Source: Lama guanicoe
Lineage: Eukaryota
Direction of reading: 5' to 3'
Length of the DNA: 64,000 nt
NCBI GenBank assembly: GCA_013239625.1
Contig: MU053379.1
Location: forward strand, 3,206,866 to 3,270,865
Shown here in pieces: positions 37,776 through 50,580 of this stretch (the first letter of the stretch is position 1; every line of letters starts with the position of its first letter). The notes under the pieces were generated by a model. The model ran no database searches and was not told the DNA's origin. It was given only the letters and a program-made list of their open reading frames with translations. A program made the position numbers and the translations under genes.

Positions 37776-38119
37776 GCCCTTCCCTTTGTTTCTGAATTAA
37801 GACGAAGTCCAAATGGGTCAAGGCACAGCTTTAAGTGAGGGTGTTTTTCCCTAAATGTAGCCGTACGTGGTCATTCTCCTGCCTGGGGGAGGCCTCCCCT
37901 CTCAATAAAGGAACTCCCCTAAGAGGGCTCCGACCGCCTGGGTGAGACCGCATCACGGCTCCAGCAGGTGCCGGCTCGCCTCCTGCTTGTCCGAGACTAC
38001 GCCCTGCCTCCCTGGCTGAGCTGTTAAGGCACCAAGGACACTGATTTGTGGCACATCTATGAATTTGAATAGGCAAATGGCAGCGTGCTTGTTTGAAAGC
38101 AGCCTTCCCTGGAATAGCT

Positions 38120-38160
38120 CTGTGGGTGTGGGTGTGTGTGTGTGTGTGGGTGTGTGTGTA
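38120..38160. repeat. Imperfect (GT)n microsatellite
   Basis: tgtgggtgtgggtgtgtgtgtgtgtgtgggtgtgtgtgt. Confidence 0.85.
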
Positions 38161-40067
38161 ATTCCCTCCATCAGTGAATCAACATGTGTCGTGGTCACAT
38201 GGGCATGGAGGAGGGATTCCTGCCAGAGCCAAGCCCGTCGCAATACGGCACCCAGTGCTGGCACACAAGTCTCCTTGTGCAGACGATGGCAGAGAAGATG
38301 TCCCTGCAGTGCAGGAGACAGTTGTGTGCCTCTGCTTTATTCAAATCTGCTCTTTACTGCTCGCAACTACTGACCTCTTTATACGTAAAATTATCACCTG
38401 TGATGACAGCCAGCTTCTCGTTTTAATTTCAAAAACACCCGGTGAGAATGTTTCAGAGTCTTCAGACAACCCTGCTCTAGTCTCCTCATTCTGTCTGGCT
38501 TGACAAAGGAAAACGTGAAAAATGGGAAAGAGACTGCCCGAGCTGGGCTGAATGGACCATATGTTTATCTATTGTGTGGACGAACTAGGGACCCAGCCAA
38601 AATCTTGGTCTAAGACACTACTGAAGAAAACAGAAGATTAATTTGGTTCAATACAAAGAGATTTGGTTTGAAGAAGACACTAAGAAAAGGTCTCTATCTA
38701 AGGCAAAAAAAGAGGTGAAACAGACAAAAAGGAATGCTGTGCCTGGGAACTTAAATTTCCAGATATCAAGGAAGTGATCAAAACAGAAGCAGCAAGCATT
38801 CGCGAAGACCGCGTGCATTCCGACATTTACCACGAAAGGTGAGAAATGTGACTCTAGAAGGGGAGGGAAACAGTGCAGGGTCATTTCCGAGGGAGGAGAA
38901 GGGGGTCCCCAGGAGGTTCGCATAAAGGGGTTTCCACGATGGAGTGAATAAAAGCCTGTTGTTTCCAGGGGTCTCAGCACCTTTGCAGAGAAGAGCTGTG
39001 CTGGGAATAAATGATGCCAGCGGTGTCCTTGAAAACGACCCTGCTCCCAAAAGGAAAGGTGACGGCCGGCCGCTCCTGCCCACACATGCATTCCAGGCGA
39101 GTGTGTCTCATTCCTGGGGGTGTACCCCAGTTTGGGGGATGCAAAGGGGTCCCAAAGGGAGTTCCAGAGGTCACGGGGAGAAAATATGGCTCCCAGGACA
39201 AAGCACAAGATTAAGAGACACACCGAGCAGCCTGCAGTGGTCACAGCCAGAGTGGGACTCTGGTTTCTGCAGACTAGACAGAGCGGTAGACCAGCCGGCA
39301 GGACCAAGGCAGCAGGTCAGGCGGGTGACAGTGAGTGGAGCCTCTACGAGCATTCTGCTTCTTAAGACAGCTCACAAATGCTTCGTGGTCATCACAGAAA
39401 CACTCTCTGTAGTGCTCCGTACTCTCTTTCTCTCTCTCTCAGTCTGGTGGCCTCAGGGGTCAGGTCAGACCCCACAGACAATGTTCCAAGAGAAACCAAG
39501 AGAAAAGTAAGGCCTTTTCTAACCCAGCCTCGCAGCTCACCTTCTCTCTTCCATCAGCTCCATGCACCACATCGTCATGAAGATGGGTCCTTAACTCACG
39601 GGAGGAGGCGCAGGCTTCACCTCCGATGGCAGGAGTTTCAAATACCATCCTGGTGTGTTTCCAAACGGCCGGAAATACCCTAACTGGTACATGTAGGTCC
39701 CGCTGGCGACTCTGGAGAAACACAGGATCCCTGTCTAGCCCTCTGTGGGGTGCCCCAAGCCCTGTCCCGCCGTCCTTGTCAGGAAAGCTGGTCTTCTCTC
39801 AGACCCCTATCGATCCTTCCATCCCTGCCAACCCTTACTAAACTCCTCCGGAGCCCAGGATGGGCCCTCCCTGGGGTGACTTGCTCCAGTTAGCAGGGCA
39901 GGGCTGCCCCTATAGTGCCAAAGTGACGAACTGAAAAGGAGACTATTTTAATAACCAGTGGGTTCCTGCATGGCTCTGCTGAAGAGTAGGGCTTGTGTTT
40001 TCCTTAACCGCACTTGCTAAGAAGCTAAGATTTATATTGAACACCACTTATATAGCCAATCTGTTGA

Positions 40068-40430
40068 ATTTGGGCTCCCCGCTCCAGAAAGCAGGCACTG
40101 AAATGAGGAATTGGGTGCAGGGGCCTTATCTGTGACCCCAGGAAGCCCTGTGAGGGAGCAGGGGAGGGAGAGAAGCCAGCAGAAAGTGTGGCGATGAACG
40201 GTTATCACCCAGGGCAACTGAGGACGCCCAACGGACCATGGAGAGCCATGACCAGCTGTCCCAGTAAGGGCCAAGGGACTTGAGTCTTTGTCAGCATCTC
40301 CTGTCCCTCATTCGCTAGAAGTGACTCCTGGGGACACTGACTCCCTAGCGCCCATGGGATGCCCAGCCTGGGGAGATGCAGAGAGCTGTTGGCCTGTCCA
40401 GGTCCTCTGTACCACAGCCTCCCAGGGAGG
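40068..40430 (-). mobile_element. LTR33-like ERVL LTR
   Basis: agaaagcaggcactgaaatgaggaattgggtgcagggg...ccccaggaagccctgtgagggagcagggg...ctcctggggacactgactccctagc. Confidence 0.55.
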
Positions 40431-40929
40431 CCGGGGGAGCAGCAGGCCACAGGCAGGGCTTAACCACCAGCTCCTGGTACAAACACAGCAGACTTTTCAC
40501 CACATCAATTTCTTTGTTAGAAGTAGGCAGAGTACACATTATTTTTCAAACACGAGATTCATGCATTAGAGTCGGTCCCATATTGCTCTGGAGTGCGGGG
40601 ACCACGCCAGCCCTGGCCGAGCATCACTGCGGGACCACGGCGCGGCCCGGCTGATTACGATTCGGGCTGATCAAAAGACCGAGGAGAGAAAAGCGCTCAC
40701 CTCCGCAGACCCCTGGCGCTGGCCGACTCATTACCCAGAAGCTGATTATCCAGACGTCCGCTTCTCCCCGTCCCCAGCCGCCCGCCTCGCTCCCTTTCAG
40801 GGCTCATTAGCGCCTTCGGCAGAGGAGCCGTGGCTGAGATCAGACCACAGGAGGCTCCCCACTTTCTTTCCCCTTGATTCAGGCCAGAATGAAGAACAAA
40901 GTCGAAAGTACTAACAGATGTTACCATTT

Positions 40930-41072
40930 TATTTCATTCTTTGAATTGTGGAAGAATATACCCAACGTAAACTTCACCACTTCGCCGTTTTTTAAGCGTA
41001 CGGGTCATCGGCGTCAAGTACATTCACAGGGTTGTGCCACCATCACCACCATCATCCCCAGGACTTTTTCAA
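40930..41072 (-). mobile_element. L1MB-like 3' terminal fragment
   Basis: ttgtggaagaatatacccaacgtaaacttcaccac...ttttaagcgtac...aagtacattcacagggttgtgccaccatcaccaccatc. Confidence 0.75.
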
Positions 41073-41260
41073 CACATGGTAGGATTTGGGATCGTGTGTG
41101 GATCTGGGTTTTCCATCATGTCCCTTCCTCCCCCACCCCCTGCCCCGGTTATTCAGATATTCAAGAGTTGACTGTATTAAATAAAACGTCACTTCTGGGG
41201 AGCTAAAAATAAGTCTGTTTTTTGGTATTTTTTACATTAAACATTGAAAAGCAAGGTTGT

Positions 41261-41890
41261 TGTATCAGATACATATTGCTGTATAATAAACCATCCCAAA
41301 TATAACAGCTTATAACAACCGTCGTTTATTTAGTTGCTACCCTAAGGAATGGCAGCCCCAGCTGGGCCCGGCTGGGTGACTCTGCCTCTTCGGACCAGAT
41401 GCAGTGGATGCGGGCTGGACACGCTCGTGTGTCTGCAGTCCAGCCCCAGACCTGCTGGGGTCCGGCTGGTGTAAGATGGCTCAGCTGGGATAACGCATTC
41501 CAGCTCCACGCGGTCCAGCGGGCATATTCAACATGGCAGCTCACCAGGACTTCAAGAGGGCCAGAACGCAAGTGCCTTTCTTTTTCATTTATTCAGGTTT
41601 TTTGTTTGTTTTTTTAGAAGGGGTAGGTAATTAGGTTTATTTAATTATTTTTTTAACGGAGGTCCTGGGGATCAAACCCAGGACCTCTTGCGTGCTAAAT
41701 ATGTACTCCACCACTTGAGCTATACCTTCCCGCCTCTTCATGGCTCTCCTTACACCACAGCTGCTACTAAGCCAGTAGCCAAAGTGTGTGATACCACCAA
41801 GCCTAGAGTCGGCGTGATCAAAGCTACCAAAAGGCACGTCATATGGAATCATGAACAAACTGGGGCCGTTTCTGTAATTAAACCGCCATA
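41261..41890 (-). mobile_element. MLT1-family LTR, interrupted by a SINE
   Basis: tgtatcagatacatattgctgtataataaaccatcccaaatataacagcttataacaacc...ctgggcccggctgggtgactct. It resumes after 41731. Confidence 0.7.
41581..41731 (-). mobile_element. Camelid tRNA-derived SINE (Vic-1 type)
   Basis: Reverse complement gggaaggtatagctcaagtggtggagtacatatttagcacgcaagaggtcctgggtttgatccccaggacctcc...aaacctaattacc. Confidence 0.88.
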
Positions 41891-43756
41891 CGTACTCCCT
41901 TCCAGGGCCAGAATTCTACCTGAAGATAATCATGCTTCTGAGCTCGCCTTGGTATATGTTAAAAGTACCCCAGCCCCTCTCTGAGGGCCAAACATTCTCA
42001 ACAGCTGAGTTTGCAAACTGACACGATTGAGCCGGAACATCGTCTTTAGGATCCAACAAAATCACTCAATCGAAACTGCATTTTTCCTCCGACCCAGCTA
42101 GGTGGAAGTCTGGGCCATTTTGTTCTATTAGCATTTTCTAGTATCTTAATAAAGTTTTCTTCTATTATATCCTGAGTCTATTGTTCCAGTTTCCTAGTTT
42201 CTTCTTCAGAAGCCGGCATCGTGGGTGCGTGGGGCTCCTTTGTCCTCCGTGTTGGTCATCGTATCGGTGGTCATGATCTACAGCTGACGCTCCCATTTCA
42301 TTTGGTGCAGCGATCTCAAGCCTACACGCCATCTCTTTATTTTCCAGGCTTTTGTCCTTACGGTAAGGATACAACTTTCCTCGAGCCTTGTGTTCCTGGC
42401 TTAGCGGTGCTCAGAGCAAGCCCTCCAGGGCACGAGGCCTCTAGGCTGCGATCAGGTTCCGGCTGCCCGTCCCCCACCCCTCCCCCTTGCCTTCTCTCCG
42501 GGGCTTTTCCTTGGGTAGAAGGCCAGGTCCCAGGCACAGAAATAGACCCCCAGCACACCAATTTCTTGCTCAGCTGTCCCTTCACCCCTGACCTTGCTGT
42601 AAACAGTGAGGCTCTCTCCCAGAGACAAGGACACTCCCTGCCTCTCCGCGGGGCTGCCCAGGAAACTGGAGCTCAAGTCGCTGAGAATCCCTGGTTGTGC
42701 TCTTCTTGGTGTTAGCAGATTCTCTGGAAGAAACACAGATCTTTGTGAGAGTCTGAGGCGGCACGTGTCCCCTGTGGGCTTGCTCCCTGAGCCCATCTAG
42801 GTCTCTTGGCGTTTGCCAGGAGTGTGTCATAGTTTGTGGGGTGGTGCTGTCACAGGTTTCTACTTCACTGACGATCAATTGTGTTTCTTCTCTCTTTTGT
42901 CCCTTTTGCTAACTTAGATGGAGTTCAGATGAGGGGGAGGGCAAAGACGCTACCATTTTCACACCACGCCTAGATCACGGGGTCGCACTTGGACCAGGTG
43001 CAACAGATCTGAATGCCTGTGATGCTCCCACCGCTCAAGGTTGCCCTCCCAGCCATCTATCTCTATGGTGGGGACACTATTTAATGCACACACCACGTGC
43101 CTCACTAATGACGCTGCATTCCCCTCTCTGTCATAATCAGTGCTGCGTGGCCCTCGTGTCTGGGCCACTCACCCATTAATATTTATGCTTCCTGAGACTG
43201 ATGGGCTGTCCCAGTGATTTGCAGGCATGAGCAGGTGCCCCTAATGGAAGAATGAGTAGGGGTCCTCTCTTGGGGAATAGCAGCTTTCAGTCTTCCTGTC
43301 ATAGAAAAGAATGTGGGTTGGTGAGGGAAGTAGCCACAGGGTGATCGCCAACCATCCAGCCGGCTAACTTGGATCACTGTTGCGGGGAGAGTTGGAGAAA
43401 AGGTGGAGGTAGGAGACGCCCCCAGTGGAGACGAAGCCTCCTTTTGCCTGCCCTGGCCGGAAGCTTCCCTGCTGCCGTGAGGCCAGAGACAGAAGTTGCA
43501 CAAGCCCAGGTCTTCTGAGCTGGCTCTCTTGCACACCCAGATGCCTGTCTCTGCCCCTGACATGTAGTTGGTATTGGCTTTCAATATATGGCAAAATCCA
43601 ATTCAATGGATTCTGCTGCCCACGTACAGTGGCTCCCGCACGCACACATTCAGAGCGCGTCACTTCTGCAAACCATACCCGGGTGAGTACGAGCTGGGGT
43701 GCCGCACCGTCCGCCGAGGCCCTTGCTCAAATAAGGATGCTGATTGGTTTGCCTAT

Positions 43757-44641
43757 TGTGGTGATTTAGAGTATGTCTGCAAATGTTTTGACTCTCATCT
43801 CATCAGAACAGATGGGTCCTAACTCCCCTCCTACAGAACATGAGCTGGGTTTTATCACTCACTTCTAAGGCAAAATGCAGCAGACATGTCTCTGAGTGAC
43901 TTCTGAGCTAGGTCACCAAAGGTACAGTTTCCTCCTGGCCGCATCCACTCTCAGAACTCAGCCACCAGGCAAGCGGCAAGGCTGCGTGGAGGTGTTACAG
44001 CCACAACGTCAGCTGAGACCCAACCAACGCCAGCGTCAACCGTCAGACATACAGATGGGAGGACTTTGGGTGAATCCAGCCCCAGCCTTCAAGCTGCCCA
44101 GTTAACACCACATAGAGCGTATTTGAGTGACTCTTGCCCTATTCATCTGCTAAGACGGTCAGAACAATGTACCACAGACCAGGAAGGTTAATAACGGAGA
44201 TGTATTTCCTCTGGACACTGGAGGTCCAAGATCAGGGTGGGGTCTCTACGCAGGGCAGGAAGGAAGGGTCTGTACCAGGCCTCTCGCCCTGGCTTGAGAT
44301 GACCGTCCTCTCTGCTGGGCCTTCGCGTCATCTCTCCTGTCTGCATCTGTGCCCAGATCTCCTCTTCTTCCAAGGACAGCCATCCTAGTGGACAAGGGCC
44401 CACCCTAATGACCTTGTTAAACTTAATCACTGCTAAGAAGACCCTGTCTCCAAACACAGTCACGTTTTGTGGCGCTGGAGTTAAGATTCCAACATGAATT
44501 TATTTGGGGGAAAACCTGTTCAACCCCATCACCTGCCAAGCCTCCTCAAAGTGTAGACTCACATGCAAAACAAATATTGTCATTGTTTTGAGCCACTAAA
44601 ATTTGGAGTGGTTTGTTTTGCAGCAGAAGATGACCAGCACA
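43757..44641 (+). mobile_element. MLT1G-like LTR, interrupted by a younger MLT1
   Basis: tgtggtgatttagagtatgtctgcaaatgttttgac...tgacttctgagctaggtca. The 3' end is ttgttttgagccactaaaatttggagtggtttgttttgcagcagaagatgaccagcaca. Confidence 0.75.
44135..44532 (-). mobile_element. MLT1B/A-like LTR nested in MLT1G
   Basis: aatgtaccacagaccagg...ctggaggtccaagatcaggg...gggcccaccctaatgaccttgttaaacttaatcac...aagaccctgtctccaaacacagtcac...ttcaacccc. Confidence 0.8.
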
Positions 44642-45064
44642 CCTAAGGTAAATGAGTGACTTGGTTCCTGGTCGTCTCAGAATGCATGCAGCAAACGCCT
44701 TCCAACAGCAGAACCACGCCGCTTGGGGATGGTGCCCACACGGCCAAGGCTGGACCACAGGCAAACACCTGGAAGACAGTTGCAGGGACCTCATGTTGAG
44801 CGCATCTCTGTCCTTCTGTTTCACTTTTGCTCTTCGATTACACGGAAGGGAACCAGTGAGGCTGCCTCCAATGAGCGAGATGAGGAGGGCAAGTTTTTGT
44901 GAGAATAAGCATAAGGCAGCAGAGGGAAGCAGTCAGATAAACTCTAAGGCCGGACACGGAAATGGTGCTGGGCCTTGTCGCAGGTGACTCTGAGACCTGT
45001 TCGGAGCACAGGGAGGCCTGGGGCCCTCAGCACAGGAGCAGCAGCTCTTACAGCACCCTTCCCG

Positions 45065-45200
45065 GAACCCTAACCCTGGCTCCGCCTGGGACTAGCTGTG
45101 TCGTCCTGGAGACGTCACTTAATCTCCCCAGGCTTCTGCTTCGTACCTGTTGCAATGGGTAACACTAGCACCTGCTACACGGGGTTGTCCTCTCAGGCTG
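45065..45200 (+). mobile_element. MIR SINE
   Basis: ccctggctccgcctgggactagctgtgtcgtcctggagacgtcacttaatctccccaggcttctgcttcgtacctgttgcaatggg. Confidence 0.7.
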
Positions 45201-45929
45201 TCTGCATGATGGGTGAACCATTTTACAAAGCTGGCGTGGCTGAGTTTCACTTCTGACTGTCTTCTCTCCAGCTGGTTTCCTTCAGTGACTCACAGGGGCT
45301 CCCCCCGCCCCCAGTCACTGCAGTGTGCAGAATGGATTCATTCATGCATTCCGAAATGCTTCCTGAGAACCTCCTATGTGCTAGGCCCTGTTCTAGGTCC
45401 TGAGAGTATAGCCGTGGGTCAATCAGACGCACACCGCCGACCTCGCTGGTTTTGGCCTTGCTCTCTTCCGCTGAAGTTCTACGTTACATGCCTTCTGCTT
45501 GCAATTCCCACCACTCACGGGAGCGTTTTCCCGGCTTCTTGGCGCAGATCCTTGAAAGAGGAACTCTGATTGGCCCGGTCTATCTTTTTCAAGTCAAGCC
45601 ACAAAATGTTTCTAGGATCAGGCGGCCGCCCGGACCCAACCAATTATTTTCCAGAGCAGGAGACGGGCGTGGGCTGCAGGGCACCGCCCCAGCACGTCGG
45701 TGGCGGGGCGCTCGCTGTGCTGGGCAGCTCTGGTAGGAGGCCTTAGGGCAGCACACGAGGGGCTGGGGAGACCCCCGTGGACGCCCGCCGGAGCTTGCTG
45801 CACCCTAAGGAACCCTGCAGTTTAACCCAACCCGGGAGGTGCAGGACTTTGGAGGTCGCGCACAGCCTGTTAGCTACGGAGTCAGGCTTGGAGTCAGGCC
45901 TCGGGACGAGCATCTTGGCGCCGAGTGAC

Positions 45930-46458
45930 GTACATAGCAAAAACAGCGAGTTCCCCCCAACCCCGTGCAAATCAGTGACATCAGAGGGGGATTTATCAGG
46001 CCAAAGGGGTGCCCTCGGCTCCTCGACGGATGACAGACAAGAGTTGGTGGAGGAGAGTAGGGTACAGCTCAGTAGTAGAGTGCATGCTTAGCATTCACGG
46101 GATCTTGGGTTCAATCCCCAGCACCGCCATTAAAAAATAAATAAATAAATAAACCTAATTACCCCCCCAAATAAGTAGAAAATTTAAAAAAAAAATTTTT
46201 TTAAAGAGTTGGTGGATACACACTCCAGCTCCCTCACCCCATGGGTAGGACAACTCGGAGCTGTGTTCCATATCACCCCCTAGATGTTTCCAGCAGGCCT
46301 GAGCCCCAGTTGCTCACACCGGTGACCTGCTCATTAGCGCCGACCTGCTGGTCTCACTTCTGTCTCTACCTGCACTTCCCAGAGTCACCCCTCAAATAAA
46401 CTACTTGCACGCAAAACCTTGTCTGAGGGTCTGCTTCTAGGGAACCAAATACAAACAC
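45930..46458 (+). mobile_element. LTR16-family LTR with a SINE inserted
   Basis: ccagctccctcacccc...ggacaactcggagctgtgttcc...gagccccagttgctcacaccggtgacctgctcatta...aataaactacttgcacgcaaaaccttgtctgagggtctgcttctagggaacc. Confidence 0.8.
46052..46203 (+). mobile_element. Camelid tRNA-derived SINE (Vic-1 type)
   Basis: gggtacagctcagtagtagagtgcatgcttagcattcacgggatcttgggttcaatccccagcacc...aaacctaattaccccccc. Exact TSD aagagttggtgga at 46039-46051 and 46204-46216. Confidence 0.92.
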
Positions 46459-46639
46459 ACCTTTCAAGAAAAACAAATGGTGGGGCCATGCTAGTGAGAG
46501 AGAAGCAAGAAATCAAGTGTGATGTCACATGAACCATCAGGTGCAAAGGTCCTTCACTGGGTCTGGAGCTGCAGAGAAGAGCAGGCCTGGGGGAGAGGCA
46601 CGGCTGTCGTCAGAGGGGCTACTCGTAAACCGGAGGCCC

Positions 46640-47560
46640 GGTGATCATTCTTAAATGCTTCATTCTGCCATTTTTAATCTCACTCATTATTGAATCATTC
46701 ATAATGATTTATATGACATTGACTTTTTTCAAAAATCTTGACTAACTCTTTGACAAGAGATTAATAAAGAGTGAGACTTCAGATGTCAAGTTTTTATGAG
46801 CAAAAGTGTCCAAGGCCGTCTGTATCTCTAGATGGGGATTCTTGGCTGCATTCACCAGACTCTCCAGAGACTGAAAAGCAATTGTTTAGCTGGGCAGAGA
46901 GAGCGGAGCTGAATTAAATTGACCTGCATGCTACAGAAAGTGGCACTGAGTACATTTAAGGAAGGGGTCTCTGAAAGAAATCTATTTTATTGCAGCTGAG
47001 TGCTGAAATTATTTTAAGGAAGTGATTATCTGGCTAATCATTTAAAGCCCACGAATGATGTCAGCATGTAAAATTCAGACAGACTGGGAGAACAACAGTC
47101 TTGGTCTTAAATAAATGGCTAAATGCATCCTCGTTTCCTTCTGTGATTTTTTTTTCTTTTCACAAACATGAATTCGACTGCCTTCAAAAGCCAGTTCTCA
47201 TGCCTACATCCTGAAAAGAGAAGACATTTCCATTTGTAGCAGAATGCCAGCGCCTCTTCGTCAGACCCACACACGCACCTGAAAGCACTTTTGTTTCGAA
47301 TATATCATTATTCCTCTGCAGGAAGATCTGGCACGATTCTCTTGATTTGGTGACGTTTTAAGCCTGTCTTTAATTTCAGATAACTTTATTAGAACCCCTA
47401 GAGAGGAGAGTGGATACAGCAGGGAAAGGTAGTGCTCACGATAAGAAAGGCCAGGGCGCGCTGAGACGCTTTCAAGGCGGGTTTCTTTCTGGCCGGAGTT
47501 ATTAACTCTAATATGAAGTCTGAGTCTTTTCACCACTTAGGCAGAGAATGAACAAACGTG
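46640..47560. promoter_or_regulatory. Repeat-poor AT-rich block, candidate enhancer
   Basis: TGATTTAT (PBX-HOX-type, about 46704), several TGACA/TGTCA and TAAT motifs, and no recognisable transposable element. Confidence 0.4.
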
Positions 47561-49949
47561 GCTTTAAAAACCCTCCGCAGCCTTTTAGGTCTGCCCGCAT
47601 GCACACATGTGACTGTTGGATCACCGTGGTCGCGGTCAGGGTGAAGCCAAGCCCTCCCGTGGAAAGGCTTCCTCTCATGGGCTTCTCCCAAAGTCAGTGT
47701 TAACTGGAAAGGCAGCCCCTTTTTCTCCCTCTTCAAAGGGACCTTTATGTACTAACTCACTCCCACCTACTGTGCATGTAAATTATTCATCAGTGATACG
47801 GCCTCTATTTAGGACTTTGATCCTTTCCTTTTCCTGGATGCCCCAAGGAGCCTGATAAGGCCCGCGAGTTATCGGAGAGCCTTTGATCGCCTCACAAATG
47901 ATATTTTGTGGTGGAATATCTGGCCCCCCTCCAGAGCTGCAGCACGGATGGGAAGGGGGCTGAGTTCGGGGATGCTCAGGGGTCCATCTCCTGGCATCAA
48001 ACCGTTTTCAAGACACAATGGGATGGGGACCGAAGCGGGCACACTTCTCCCCTCCCCGGGGACTGTTCGCACACAACAATGAACGGCCCCCCAGACAGCC
48101 GTCCCAGCAGGCGGGGCAGCGTCACAGTGGTTCAGAGGTACAGTTCTCCAGAACTGGGTTCAGAGGACTCACACCGTCAAGGTCATGTGTCTGTGTATGG
48201 AGACTCAGAATCCTTCAAAGTCATTTGGGGGAGAAAATGATGGATGAATGAGGAACAGAGCCCTACCCCTCATATGATCTTCTCCTCTCACGAGGTAAAG
48301 ATGAGCTTTTCCTTGTCAAATGGGGTGAAATGTAGGGCAGAGAAAATGCTGAAAAGAAGAGAGAAAGGTCCGCATTTCTCACGGCCCTGAGCTGGTTCCT
48401 TCCTGCAGTTTGTCGCCGAACTCTAAGTGACTGGCTCTGCGTCTCCTGCCTCCGTGTCTGGCATTGAAGCTTCAGGTGCTCCCAGTTTAGAGACCAAGGA
48501 CATGGGCTCCCTCTCATAATGGCGGTGTAAACCACTTTGCATTAAGTAGGAATAATAACCTTTTTGAAAAGAGTGTGTCACAATAATTACGTTTCTTGTG
48601 GCTTTGCTTTCTTCCGCATCACATGAGCAAACACATCAGCCTCACCTGAATGGATGAGAGGAGGGCCCGTTTCCACTGAGGGCTGTTCTGAGACGTAAAC
48701 ACATCCAAGCAAGGAGTCCTTCCTCGTGTCATGGCGACCGGGGTTCTAGGCACGGAAACAGCTGATTCCACCCACTATGTGGGATCTGCTCGTGCCTCTT
48801 CTTTCTCAGTTGATTGGGAAGCCAGACGGGCAGGAGTATTTACCCCACCCCTGTCCTGTCTGATGTCTGAGATGTTGTCCATATTTCCACTGTCCCTTCT
48901 ATTCATTTCTTTGTCTTTTTATTCGACTGAAGGTGATGTCCAATGAAATGTTAATTCTTTAACTGGGGAGCTAAACTTTAAAAAGGGTTTTAGTACTAGC
49001 TCAATATAGGTTTCCTCATTCTGGGAAGAAGCCTTTTCCAATGCATTTCAAATCCATTTTTAGAATTTCAAAGTAAAGCCTGGTAATGTTTTTCAATGAT
49101 ACATTCAAAAATTCAACGATAACATCCCCAGTGTGGTCTGTTTTGAATCAGGTTACCTGGTCAGCTTAGTTTAAAATTGATCTCACAAGTGGTTTGAAGT
49201 GCATTTCGCCAAATGTTTATATCTAATGAGGTATTTAGGGGACAGATCATTTTTTATATCTTGAACGGCCTGATGTACAAATCAGCTCATCTCTAGAAAG
49301 CAGAGGAAGTCACTTTAATTTGGCGAAGTGGAACAGATTATTGGAATCTTTTCATGTTTTCTGATAGTATGTCAAAAAGAAATCGCCTCGATGTCCCAGG
49401 AAGCAAAAATCATGAACTAACACGCACACACACACTCCCCTATTCCTCACTTTCTCCCCCTGCCCCACGTGGGAGGAAGGCGAGGTGTCTCCAGAATGTG
49501 CACAAAGCGAGCTCACGCAGTGCACTTGTGATGCGGCAGTGGCTGCCATCCCTCCTGTCCCCATCTGCCCTGTGGTCCCTAACTGTGGAAAGGTTGGGTC
49601 TGATGGTGGGTACGTCCACCCAGATGTGCCCTGTGCCCAGGCCCCAGCCCCACCTCAGGCCGCTGCCATCACACATGGTCAGAGCCCGTGTTTCCCAGTT
49701 TGCTTGGAAGCGCTGCCTGATGGGATTGGACAACGAAGACCTTGATCCCTAAAGAGCTAAGTGTTTGCTTGGGACGTTTAAATGATACACTGGGGAAGGG
49801 GGCCCCGAATGAGAGAAATACTTTGGTCCACAGTCCCCATCCTCCTCCCAATCTCAAAAAATGCCTCCAAGAGCGTTTCCCAGGGCGACCACGTCCGAGT
49901 TCCCCTGCTGTTTGCCTCATAGTAGCTGTGGGGACTGGGGGGGGGGGCT

Positions 49950-50580
49950 GGGCAGAGGAGCCTGGCGGCTGCGGTCTGGCGAGGCAGCTGCGGGGGGCGG
50001 GCCTCCGGACCCCCGCCCTGGGCTCGCAGACCCCGCGGGGCCGCCTTGGAGGCACAGCCGCCCCCGCGCGGGCGCGCGCAGCGGGCAGAGCTTTGTCCTC
50101 GGGCCTCCCGGGAGGAGGCTGCAAACCTTCAGATCCCCGCGCAGACCCGCCGGCTTCCCTCTGCCGGCAAACTTCCCCTAATTAAGCCAGTCCATCTAAT
50201 TACGGGGCGTTCCGTCAAATATTTCTCCAGATGCTTCCGAGGCAGCCTGTGGGCGCTGGTCAAAGCTGGCGAGGCTTCTGATCAGGGATGCCGGCCCCGC
50301 GGCGCGGGCGCGCGCTCCTCGCTGCCCCGCACGCGCCCTCGCTCGCGCGCTGTGCGCCTGGCCGAGGCTCGGGGCGTAATTACCGAAGTTAAGAAAACAT
50401 CCCTGTAATTAGCCAGGCAACTCTAAGCACAAGACGTGGAAATTAGTCACAGCATCACAAATTAGTGTGCGCATACATTACATTCCAGGATGGTCCCCGG
50501 GGCCCGGCGTCCGCTGCGTTTGGCCAGCAACGCCCTGTGTCTCCGTAAAGCGTTCCTCCTCCAGCGAGCTCGGCGCAGGA
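49950..50580. promoter_or_regulatory. Orphan CpG-island-like segment 3 with clustered TAATTA motifs
   Basis: CpG-dense, with TAATTA at 50179, 50197, 50377 and 50406. Confidence 0.6.

Noticed and set aside
38648..39510. Longest ORFs (219 aa minus, 188 aa plus)
   Set aside because: No recognisable motif, and they overlap antisense to each other, so compositional openness explains them.
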